Assembly (NCBI GenBank): GCA_965603825.1
Contig: CBFDEM010000044.1
Location: 558,001 to 622,000, forward strand
Direction of reading: 5' to 3'
DNA: 64,000 nt
Source of the DNA: Blepharisma stoltei ATCC 30299
Lineage: Eukaryota; Protista; Ciliophora
Below are positions 13,401 to 23,600 of the stretch, piece after piece; position 1 is the first letter of the stretch; every line of letters begins with the position of its first letter. Below the pieces are notes generated by a model that searched no databases, was not told the DNA's origin, and saw nothing but the letters and a program-made list of their open reading frames with translations. Both the position numbers and the translations under genes were made by a program.

Positions 13401-13835
13401 TATAACTTTGCTGGCTGCTTTAAAAGCTCCAAGCTGTTCATATACTTCTGCAAGCTCTGTATATAAAGTAATTCTCCAGGGCAAGTGCTTAATTGAAGTA
13501 AGGATGATATTACTTTCCATTGTTACCATGCAGAATGCTAAATATTTCGTTGTATCTCGTGCATATTGGCTTTTACGGAGAAGCCTGCACCATTTAAAGA
13601 TTTGATGAGTGCCATTTAGCATTGCCCAGTAGGAAGTTTCTTTGGTGTTTTCTGGCATTTTCAAGATTTTTTCAATTGAGATTTTGATTCGTTCCATTGC
13701 TTGTACCACTGAAGAAGCGGTGTCAGGCCTTTCTACGAATTTATCTTTTTTTAATAAATTTTCTAGCCAAGCAGAACTTTTAGAAATTTCTTGATCAAGC
13801 TCGGTTGATGCGGGAACGTAAACTTCACTCTCCAT
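4473..13835 (-). CDS. CFAP54: Cilia- and flagella-associated protein 54 (central pair), ~3120 aa, 7 in-frame TGA=Trp
   Basis: Seven ORF fragments are in one frame, separated only by TGA (13239, 8988, 8931, 8028, 7524, 6498, 5991). N-terminal LNGTHQIFKWCRLL...MESNIILTSIKHLPWRITLY matches CFAP54_N. FN3-like YHFAAAAY..EG...GGIGET. Length matches known CFAP54. Confidence 0.88.
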
Positions 13836-14065
13836 TTAAAACTTTATAACTGTTGGGAAATTATATATAACTATAATAAATTTATTAAATGCAATTGATA
13901 ATTTGTAAATTTATTTAAATTTTCTCCTAATTTTAATTAAATTTATGTAAAATAATTATAAGGAAGCATCGCTATAAAATGACTCATGTTCATGAGAAAA
14001 ATTTAAAAATTCTTCTAGTAATTTCATATGATTTTTTAAATTGTGAATTAATTATATTTTTTATT

Positions 14066-15916
14066 ATGACTGATACTTGGCGAGTGAAGCTCACTCAGTG
14101 TAATCAAGCCATGCCTCAATGCCTTATATCCTGTTTTCTGGGATGCATAGGGATAGCTATTGTGCAAGTTCAAGCCTTCAACAAAATAGATAAACCCACT
14201 ACGATGCCATGTATCTGTGCATTGGCTTGCTGCTGCTTTGGAACTGGCTACAACCGTAAAAAGCTAAGGCATCACTATAAGATCAAAGGAAGCTATTTTA
14301 TAGATTGTATCCTCTATGCTCTTCCTATTTATTCTTGTTTAGCTGCCCAAGAATATGCTGAAGTTATTAAGCGAAAAGAAATTAGAATAGAGTCAGAACC
14401 AGTAGTAAAATTTATGATCCCACCGATGCTTTCTCCTGAACCTCAACCTAATCCTCCTTATGACAGAAAGTCAGAAGCAGATTCTGATCAAAAATCGTCA
14501 GTTTCAATAAGTGATATTAGCTTGTCAGGAAATGTCAATGAAGAAGTGGAAGTCCAAATAATTTCTCCCAAAGAGCACACTTTTGCTGATAATGACCCTC
14601 TCGCTTATATTGAAATGTATCCCTTGCACTACATGCAAAAAGAAACGGAAACTTCAATTGAAGTAGAAAATTCGATGGAAAGCTATGTGGATTTAATTAA
14701 GCCAGAAATAGGAATTTTGCCATTGGATGGGGATAATCCAAATGTGTATTCTTTTAAAATAGGCTATGGGCCATTCTCTTTTCTTAAAGGTGATCCCTAC
14801 TACGAAGCTGGACCACCCCCGACATATATGACTCTTGAATATTTAAAAACCCCAAAGCCTACAGCGACTAAAGAAATTTTATATGGCCTTGAAGTACACA
14901 AAAATGGAGGACTAATTTGTGTAGATCAGGAAGCCATCAGCAAGCAAAAAGGAATTATAAAAGAAGTTATTGGCAGCATTATAAAAAATATTGCAAGTGG
15001 CCTTGGAGCAGTCTCAATTTCATTGCCAGTCCGAATTTTTGAGCCTAGAACAGCTGGAGAGCGACTAATCGACAAGTTTTCATTTGCCACAATTTTTTTG
15101 AACCAAGCTGCGCTATTAGATAACCCTGTAGACCGCTTCAAAAGGGTTATGGCTTTTGCAGTCAGTGGCTTATATCTAGGAGCTCGCCAAGAAAAGCCTT
15201 TTAATCCTTTGCTTGGAGAAACCGTCCAATGCCATTTTCCAGATGGCACTGAAGTATATGTAGAGCACACTTCACATAACCCACCAAGAGACCATTTTGA
15301 CGTCATTGGCAAAGGATATAGGATGTGGGGATACTTAGAATTAGACGGGACACTAAGCTTTAATACACTTACTGGAGAATTTAGAGGAAATACATTTATT
15401 TATTTCAATAATAGCGGACAATTAGTCAAATTTACACAGCCAAAATTGAAATTAGGAGGAATGATGACTGGAGATAGGACACTTAATTGGGAAGGAGAAT
15501 TTGAATTTAAGGATCAAAAATCAGGGCTGTATGGGGCTATAAGGATTGGAGACGATAAGAATAAATGGGCGTTGAAAAAGAAAAAAATGAGAAAAGATGA
15601 TTTTGTTGGGAAAATTTGGGAATTTAATTATGCGGAAAGTAAGCAGGTGAAAGCGCTGGCGACTGTGACTGGGTCGTGGATGAAGAAGTTTGTAGCTTTT
15701 GGGGAAAAAAAAGAAAAGATCTGGCAGATTGATAGAGATCTTCCTATTAGACACATACCAGTGGATATACCGTTGCCAAGTGATTGGAGATATAGAGAAG
15801 ATCTAATATGGCTAAGCAAAAAGAATTTAGATTATGCTTCGCATTGGAAAGGTAGAATTGAAGCTAGACAAAGAGCAGATCGTGCGCTAAGAACTGAGCG
15901 CTTAAAAAAGAAATAA
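14066..15916 (+). CDS. PLAC8-like Cys-rich domain fused to oxysterol-binding protein (ORD) domain
   Basis: ORD motifs ISLPVRIFEP, KPFNPLLGET, EHTSHNPP, PLPSDWRYRED. N-terminus CLISCFLGC...CCFG..YNRKKLRHHYKI.GS...DC......CLAAQEY.EV is PLAC8-like. ATG 14066 is preferred over 13979 (upstream stretch looks like AT-rich UTR). Confidence 0.85.
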   Translation: MTDTWRVKLTQCNQAMPQCLISCFLGCIGIAIVQVQAFNKIDKPTTMPCICALACCCFGTGYNRKKLRHHYKIKGSYFIDCILYALPIYSCLAAQEYAEVIKRKEIRIESEPVVKFMIPPMLSPEPQPNPPYDRKSEADSDQKSSVSISDISLSGNVNEEVEVQIISPKEHTFADNDPLAYIEMYPLHYMQKETETSIEVENSMESYVDLIKPEIGILPLDGDNPNVYSFKIGYGPFSFLKGDPYYEAGPPPTYMTLEYLKTPKPTATKEILYGLEVHKNGGLICVDQEAISKQKGIIKEVIGSIIKNIASGLGAVSISLPVRIFEPRTAGERLIDKFSFATIFLNQAALLDNPVDRFKRVMAFAVSGLYLGARQEKPFNPLLGETVQCHFPDGTEVYVEHTSHNPPRDHFDVIGKGYRMWGYLELDGTLSFNTLTGEFRGNTFIYFNNSGQLVKFTQPKLKLGGMMTGDRTLNWEGEFEFKDQKSGLYGAIRIGDDKNKWALKKKKMRKDDFVGKIWEFNYAESKQVKALATVTGSWMKKFVAFGEKKEKIWQIDRDLPIRHIPVDIPLPSDWRYREDLIWLSKKNLDYASHWKGRIEARQRADRALRTERLKKK

Positions 15917-16167
15917 TTTTTTTTATATTTGAAAAAATCTTCAATTATAACCCTTAAAAACTTATATTTTTTAGATTAAATTTATCATAAAATATTAATA
16001 AATATTTTCCATCAGGCATATTAAATGGGGCTACCTTAATTAATTCGCTCATTTTTAAAATAAGCCCGCAAAAATTTATCGAATCGCTTTTCCTTTATAA
16101 AGAAAGTGAAGTAAAAAGAGAAGTTTAAGAAAAAGATCAAAAGATTTATAACAAAATTTAAGTAAAA

Positions 16168-17376
16168 ATGAAGAATATGATATTAGAACCTCATGAGAGG
16201 AGCTCTAGGCAGCAGCAAGCAAAAATATTCCCATTATCTTTATCTCCATCACTCTCAAATACTTTTTTTAGCACGATCTCAAAAGCTGCTTCTCATCTCT
16301 GAAGATTTTTATTTCCAAAGGCAGAAATAAATTCAATAGATCGAACCTCATCATTTCCTCCAAAACTTAAATTAATTGAGCCCATATCTCAATTTATAAT
16401 CAGAGAAGATATAAATAAATTACCTGATAATTTTGATACAGAAAATAATCAAAATTTCATAAAGCATGGCTCAGTCCCTTTTCAATATGAGCCAAGCCCT
16501 AAGAGCCTTGGATGCAAAAGGAAAATACCAGAGAGCCAGCTAGAAGAAGGAATAAAAAAAGTCAAGGTTAATAATGAAGATTTTGAGTCTCAAACAAATT
16601 TTTTAAAACCAGAATTACCAAATATTTCAAAAGACAAAAAACGAGCTCCAACACCTTATAAACAAACCAATTCAAGTAAAACTGATAGCAAACTTAATAT
16701 GAAAACAGTTGACAAGAAATTAAAGGAAAGCGAAATTTTTGCAAAAAGGTATGAAGAATATTTTAAGGACATCGATTTTAGGACTATAAATGAAATTGGA
16801 ATTAAAGAAAACAAAAAAATAGAACCTCAAAATGATAAGTTTGCAAAAGAGGAAGAAAAATTCAAATATAAAAATAAAGATTGGAATTTGAATGAAGAAG
16901 CTTCAAAAGAGCAAAATGAAATTATAAGCAGCAATTGTGCAGAAACGCAGCGTTTAGATAGTGAGCACAAAAGAAGTGTAGAAGATAGAAATATTGATAC
17001 TAACCCAAAATATAAATTTGCTAAATGCGTACCTAAATTAGCAATGAGCTCTGATTCTGTTATCAGTATAAATCAAGACAAAAGAAACGAAAATTTTTGA
17101 ATTAGCCCAAGTAATCTGCATAAAGAAAAAACTATTATTTCAGAAATTTCTCCATTTGAAGCAAAAGATGCAAACAAAAGATCAATTGCATTAGAAAGAC
17201 AAAGCAGTAATTTAATCGCAAATAATAAAGATAGAAAATTAATAGAGAATCCGTTTTGTGCTAGCGAAAAAAAGCAAGAATTCCCAAATGGAGAAGAAGG
17301 GGTATTTAAAACGAATTTTTATTTTAATTTTCGAAAGGATAACGAAGAAGGTTCTTTCACTCCTCGAAAGAAGTAA
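16168..17376 (+). CDS. Hypothetical low-complexity protein, 402 aa, 2 TGA=Trp
   Basis: Open from ATG 16168 to TAA 17374-17376 with TGA read-through. Confidence 0.7.
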
Positions 17377-17669
17377 GAAATCAAGTCTTAAATAATTTTA
17401 GATCTTTTTTATCAAACTTCAATTAAAAGTTCTAAGAAATTAATTAGAATTATCAAAATAATTTGAAAACAAGACAACAGTAAATCATGAATAATGACCA
17501 TAGTATATTTATCAATAAATTCACCAGGTTTGTAGATAAATAAGAAAAATACATCAAAATGTGATAATTTATAAATTCTTCTTTGATATTTCAAAACAAA
17601 ATGAAGAGACCAACCGATGGATTTCATAATGAACGCTTTTTAATAAAAATTAATTATTCTATCAACATC

Positions 17670-18932
17670 ATGGAATCCAAGAATCCAAGAAAGCCTGAAC
17701 AAAACAGCCTTCACTCCTCTAAATCTTCAAATATATTAAACGTCAAAAGGAAAAGTTTAGGAGATCTTCCACAAAAAAATTCTCACAAAGGAGTTCTTGT
17801 GACTTCAGGCACCTCATCCCCTCAACTTAGTTTTTTTTTGCATGAAAAATCTCCTGATAAATCAAAATTAAGAAATATTCGTTCAAGTTCTGCATCTCGG
17901 CAAGCAAAATTAAATGTTTCTAAAACTGAATCCAAACGACTAATACTAAAACCTGGTTTACCAAGCAGAATTACTTCTCCACAAAATGATAGTTTGAGTG
18001 GCTCATCAAACTTAAGCAGCGCTATTTCAAGAAGTAATACTAATTCAAGGTTAAAAGTGCCAATATTTACGAATTCTTTGGTAAACGAAATAAATCCAAC
18101 AAAATTAATGCAGAAGTGTAAAATTCAGGATTCTAAATCTGATCCAGAAGCTCTTGATATGAAACTATCGCAGGATCTTGCTGCTTGTAAAGGCTCAGAA
18201 GATCTAAAATTCATGGCTTATCAAAAATTATTTGATGAAATCATCATAAATGATAAAGAATTTAGCAAATTGCTTATGAAAATTAAAAGTGCATACGAAA
18301 AGATGATTTCCAAAAGTTATTATGACGACTCAAAAGAAATAAAACGAGATAACATAGAGCTCACCTTAAAACTCGAAGAAAAAAACGCTTTAATTAGTAG
18401 TCTTGAAAAAGAAAAATTAGAAATTTGAAAGGAGTTAAAAAAACTCAAAAAAGAATTAAACGCATTTAAATATGATGAAAAAGAGCCTTCAAGATTAAGC
18501 CAAAATAAAGAAATTTCTGCATTAGAAAAAGAAAACAAAGATCTGCTTAAAAGAGAAAAAAAATACTTAAAGCTTTTTTCTCTATTAAAATCCAAAGGAT
18601 ATCCTATTGACGAAGGATTCGCCTTTCTAAACTCTAAAAATCATAAGAAGCTTTCAGATTTTCTTAATAAATCAAAAGAAAGCATTAACGAAACTGTATA
18701 TAGCAATCGTCAAGAAGATTCAGAAGGAAGCAGTACAGCTTGTGAGAAAAAATCAAACAGGATTAAGCCTCCACATTGCAATCGCCCAAATCTATGCTCC
18801 ACAACTCCAGTCCCAAAACTTTCTTCATTTAACTCTACCCAAATGAGTTTTCAAGAAGAATTTATGTCAAATTATGATAAATTTTCCGAATCTTGGCGTG
18901 GCCAAATTCCCAAAAAAGACATTCCTTTATAA
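17670..18932 (+). CDS. Hypothetical coiled-coil protein (possible TSNAXIP1_N-like segment), 420 aa, 1 TGA=Trp
   Basis: Frame continues through TGA 18426 to TAA 18930. YQKLFDEIIINDKEFSKLLMKIKSAYE resembles TSNAXIP1_N (weak). C-terminal FQEEFMSNYDKFSESWR. Confidence 0.7.
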
Positions 18933-18964
18933 CTACTATAAATTTTCTAATAAATTTTTAATAA

Positions 18965-19531
18965 ATGCCTCGAGACTCCAAAGGCAAGAACAAAAAATGG
19001 TCAAAACATAAAGGAAAAGACTACGGAAGATCAAAGCTTGAAAAGCTCCAAGAACTTGCCGCTAAAAGAGGCGTAGAAGTCTGGGAGATCGACCCTAACG
19101 AAATTTCTTCTGGCGATGAGTCAGAAGAAGAGGAAGGGATAAATGAGGCAGAAGAACACGAAGAGGAAGAAACCAAAACTCCTCAGGAAGAAAATAAAAA
19201 AGTAGAACAAGAAGACAGCGACGAAGAAGAAGACAAATATGAAGGAGAAGTTGTGGTCGGACATCAAGGACTCATGGAAATATCTAACCCAAACAGAGCA
19301 AGAGGAATACCTAAATCTTGGGATCCTCCACAAGAAAGCGGAAATAGAAGAGGAGGGTATAAAGGACAAGAAGAAGGGAAAAGCAAAGGGCCAAAAGTTA
19401 GTAAATCTGATAAAGAAAGACTTGAAGAAATAAGAGCAAGAAGAGACGCAGCATCGAAACAAAGAGAAGAAAATAAGAAAAAACAAGAAAAGCTTAAAGA
19501 AGAGGCTTCGAACAAGTTTAAGAAAAAATAA
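18965..19531 (+). CDS. PDAP1: PDGFA-associated protein 1 / 28 kDa heat- and acid-stable phosphoprotein-like
   Basis: Acidic tract, GLMEISNPNR (cf. GLIxIENPNR), and KSDKERLEEIRARRDAA (cf. KADLARLAIIRKQREEAA). Confidence 0.7.
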   Translation: MPRDSKGKNKKWSKHKGKDYGRSKLEKLQELAAKRGVEVWEIDPNEISSGDESEEEEGINEAEEHEEEETKTPQEENKKVEQEDSDEEEDKYEGEVVVGHQGLMEISNPNRARGIPKSWDPPQESGNRRGGYKGQEEGKSKGPKVSKSDKERLEEIRARRDAASKQREENKKKQEKLKEEASNKFKKK

Positions 19532-19600
19532 ATAACCAGAGTAGTTGGTGTTTAAGAGAAAGATAATAAGGGATTTATCTAATAAATAGAGGGATCATAA

Positions 19601-19909
19601 ATGGCTAGCTCGATAGGTAAAGCATTTGCTGCGGACCCCAAGATTGAAAAAGACGATCTAATGGACTACATGCACTGGGTTAAACAAGTCCTTGGCCTGA
19701 TTTTCGGAATTATTGCTGGAAGTATGAAATTTACAGGTTTCCCAGTAATTATTATATTTGCAATTGCTCTCAGCGCTGTATCCCTGTTCTATGCTTGGAA
19801 AATCATCCAAACCGAAGAAATTGAAGCCTGGGACATCGTTTCTGAAGCATTTGGACCAGCATTTTTCAGCTTTGTCCTTGCATGGATATTATCATACACA
19901 TTCCTATAA
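19601..19909 (+). CDS. RAB5IF: Rab5-interacting/EMC6-family small membrane protein (RAB5IF/C20orf24-like)
   Basis: DDLMDYMHWVKQVLGLIFGIIAG...TGF and C-terminal FFSFVLAWILSYT match the Rab5ip family. Confidence 0.8.
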   Translation: MASSIGKAFAADPKIEKDDLMDYMHWVKQVLGLIFGIIAGSMKFTGFPVIIIFAIALSAVSLFYAWKIIQTEEIEAWDIVSEAFGPAFFSFVLAWILSYTFL

Positions 19910-20169
19910 TAATTTAGTTTATGAAATTATAATTAATCTAGTTTAAGGTTTTGACTGGTAATAACATTTGGCTATATTGAATTATGCAATTTTCAAATCG
20001 ATATCGAAAAAAATGCATTTCTTTATAACTACTATTTTATTTAATAAGAGTGATGCACAATTTTAAACTGCTAGTACCTACTTTTTAAATGTTTTTAAAT
20101 TAAGTTTCTTTGCTCAAATATATAATTTCCATGAATTTTTATATAAACTTTCGTATAAATAGTTAATAA

Positions 20170-20494
20170 ATGCCTCGAGACTCCAAAGGCAAACACAAAA
20201 ATGGCTAAATATAAAGGAAAAGAATATAGAGGATCAAAATTTGAAAAAATCCTAGAGCTTGCTGCAAAACAAGGTGTAGAAGCCTGGGAGATCGACCCTA
20301 ATGAAATTTATTCTGATGATGAGTCAAAAGAAGAGGAAACGATAAATGAGGCTAAAGAGCACGAAGAGGAAAAGACCAAATTTCTTCAGGAGGAAATTAC
20401 TAAAGAAGAGCTAGAAACTTTGAAAGTAAGAAGAGAAATGATAGGAGCGATGCTAAAAGATGTTGAAGAACAAGAAAAATACAAGCCTTATTAA
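20170..20494 (+). pseudogene. Truncated PDAP1 paralog; ancestral ATG 20170 is frameshifted, residual ORF 20201-20494
   Basis: Near-identical 5' end to 18965. Two single-base deletions give TAA in the original frame and create a new ATG at 20201. The NPNR core is deleted. Confidence 0.75.
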
Positions 20495-20563
20495 TTTGTG
20501 TAAGAAAAATAACTAATATAGTTTTGTATTGGAGAAAGATAATAAGGAGTTTTGCCTAAGGTA

Positions 20564-20657
20564 ATGGCTAAATGAAGCATGGGATTTTGCTTCTGAAATA
20601 TTTGACCCAGTATTTTTAGATTTGAGCTTGCATTGAATAGTCATAAAACCCCTATAA
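20564..20657 (+). pseudogene. RAB5IF remnant with large internal deletion
   Basis: ATGGCTA is joined almost directly to gaagcatgggattttgcttctgaaatatttgacccagtattttt, similar to gaagcctgggacatcgtttctgaagcatttggaccagcattttt at ~19823. Confidence 0.75.
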
Positions 20658-20690
20658 CACTTAAATTTATGAAATTCTTATTAACCTAAT

Positions 20691-23600
20691 TTAAGGTAAT
20701 TCACTAATAGTAGCTTTTGGATCGTCCACAGTAACATTTAATATATAATTTCCATATCCTCTTTCTCCTTTATACATACTTGCACATACAACTGTAAAAG
20801 AATTTCCTTTATCAAGCGGTACCTCAGCGCTTACTACTTTTAAGTCAGTAGGGCATCCTGATGTTTTTAATATATTTTTGCTAGGATCTTTGACACGTTG
20901 GTTTCCATAAAAAATCATGAATATTATGGGGAGTTTTCCTTTAAACATATCAACAGCTTCTTTTTGGGTTAGGACTATAAATGCAGTACATGGCTTGGAT
21001 ACTTTTATAAGATATTGTGGGTTATCAGAAAATTCAACTTGTGGGTTATCTTTGCAAGGAAGGCCTGCCGCTCGTTTTCCACTCCATGCTCCTTCAATTT
21101 CATTCAATTTATTCCATTTTTTATCATCGAAAATTCTGCAGATATACAATGATTTATATTCCCATACAAAATCGTCTAAGCACATTCAGAAAATCCCATC
21201 ATCTTTTTCTTCAAATTTAAGCTTTTCTTTGAATTTTTTGGTCCATTTAAAGCTGCTGTCACACCAGTCTCCACGCCATTCTGTTCCATACTGTCCATGA
21301 GGGTTTTTTAAGTTGATAAGCCTTTCTCCATCGAGCTCAATTATATTTAATATTGCATAAGCATGGCCCTGAACTATCCCATTTTCAGAAACAGCTAAAT
21401 CGCCTTGAGGGTTTTCAGGTGAGCCTGCGCCCATTAAATACCCGTTTTCATAAAAGTTAAGCATTTTGCTCCACAAGGCGTCTGAGTTGTTTTGAGCTGA
21501 TTCTAAACGAATTTCTTCAGGTGCTCCTTTAGTAAGGTCTTCAAGAGCATAGTGAACTTTTCCAGCAGCAATGGAATCATATGAGCCATATAATTTTGCA
21601 TAAGCTTTTTCTAACAGCATTGGCCATAGTTCAGTCCCAGAAACTGTTCTTGCAAAGGCCCATTCACCTTGCTCGTTAATTGGAAACACATCATCAACAA
21701 TAATGTAAACCTCATCACCATTTCTATAAAATTTCATTATATATGCTCCGCATTTTGGATCAGGCTTTTCTCCTTTAAAGATGTTTTCGACCCTATTTAG
21801 GCTTTCTCCTGAGGCATTATTTGGTTGTTCTTTCGGATTTACCCCTAAAACACAAAGAGCGCTTAAAAAGTAACAATCTCCTAAAGCACCTTGTTTAATG
21901 TCTTCTGGGGACACTCCGCCTTCATATAAAGTGGATTCATCACCAGCTCTTTTCCAGCCAGACACAAAATGACTGCTTTTTTCTCCAAGAGATTTTTTAT
22001 CGGCGGGGAATTGCTTGTCAATGAATTTTTCATGAGTCGCTCTAAACCTTTCAACGATTTTTTGATATTTTTCAGGGCTATCAACCATCTCATCAATAGG
22101 AATGTCTTGGCGATTTTGCTGCTCTTGTTTAGCTTTTTGTCTCTGCTCATGGATTTTTTTGGCTGTTTCCATACGTTTCAGCATAGCTTTTCTTTCGACT
22201 GATTCTCGTTTTTTGATTATTTTTCTTTCTTCAGCGAGCTCTACTTTATATTGCTCCTTTATACTTTCAAATCTGATTCTTTGTATTGGATTAAGCTTTT
22301 CAAGCTGCTCTTTGGCTCTTTGATATTTTTCAAATATTGATCCTCTTGGTCCTAAATTAATTTGAATCCCAAAGGCTTTAAGCTCTACAGCTTTCGCAGT
22401 AAACAAGCTATTTAAAAACATAATTTCATTGCTTTTTGATGATACAGCTCCAGATAAAATTAATAACTGGAAGTTTATCATCAATTCTATCTCTTGAACG
22501 TATTGCTTTTTAGCCCTCTTTTCTTCTTGATGGATTTCAGCATAAATATCTCTTAAATTTCCTAATTCTCTTGAAGATGACCTCCATGCTTTATTTTCAT
22601 CTTTTTTAGGAACTTCAAAAATTGTTTTTTGCCTTATGGCTTGAGCCATATGATTTAAGTGGTTTATTTTGTCTTTACTTTCAGCATAAGAGGCAAAATC
22701 TTCTGCTCTGGAAGCTCCTTTTTTCATTAAATAGTTTTCTTTAGCCTCAAGCCAAGCTTTTTTCATTGCTTTGGGATGGGTGGAAGGGTTCACATATTTA
22801 TAAGCAGTCCCAAGCTGTACTGGAGAAATTCCAGTTATAAAAATAAATACTAAAGCTATTAAAACTTCAGCTAAAGAGCCAATAGCTATGCCAGCAGAAA
22901 CCGGATCAACCCAAATTATACAAATAACTCCATATATCATGATAAGTCCAATAGTGCCACACATCATAAGTCCAAGCTCGTTATATTTAATTAATCTATC
23001 ATTTTTAGTCTCATATTTGTATATAGGGAAAATCCATGGTGAAAAAAATATCGGCTCAGTCCTCATACGATGAATTGAGGTAAATAGAGAAATTGACGAA
23101 CATATAAAGATAAAAGCGACACAGGTATAGTAAGATATTGTAAAACCTGCATAAATTCCAAGCCTTTCTGTTAGGTAAAGACCAACGGCTAATCCAGTCC
23201 AAGACACTAAAAATATAAAAATAATTGATAAATATTTGAGGATAGAACTCTTCCACCAGCCCTTATATACAAACTTGAAGAGCCTGTAAATATGATCAAA
23301 GAGGAGATGAAGGATAGTGAGACCAAAAAATGCTATAGAAAAAGAAGCGCCATATTTGTATGTTCCATCAACAGCGTATATAATTCCTGCTTGAAGTCCC
23401 AAAAATATAAGCATATTCAAATATGAAAGTATTGCTCCGTAATCATTTCTGTGTAGCCTTCCTGTGAAAAATGCTTTGACAAAGTTTGTTTCTTTTTTCC
23501 ATTCCCTCAATAATTTTGGAGTTGATTCTCTTAGTGTATCGATATTGATCATTCCTGATTTAAGCTTCATTTCTTCTCTTTTATCTAGTGCCACTATATA

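Larger units (their letters stand above)
19980..20725 (+). repeat. Degenerate tandem duplicate of ~18870-19975 (PDAP1 + RAB5IF + flanks)
   Basis: Shared sequence: ctttataactacta (18925/20021), ttaataaatgcctcgagactccaaaggcaa, gagaaagataataagg, the RAB5IF 3' half and tttatgaaatt..ttaaggt. Boundaries approximate. Confidence 0.85.

Noticed and set aside
6380-13605. Numerous + strand ORFs (e.g. 6607-7251, 8998-9663) and similar antisense ORFs elsewhere
   Set aside because: They are shadows of real opposite-strand CDSs, with F/S/L-rich antisense composition and no motifs.
4473-13835. Same-frame ORF arrays read as an operon or as nonsense-riddled pseudogenes
   Set aside because: All interruptions are TGA only, in frame, and in other genes fall at conserved Trp positions. 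A code change explains them.
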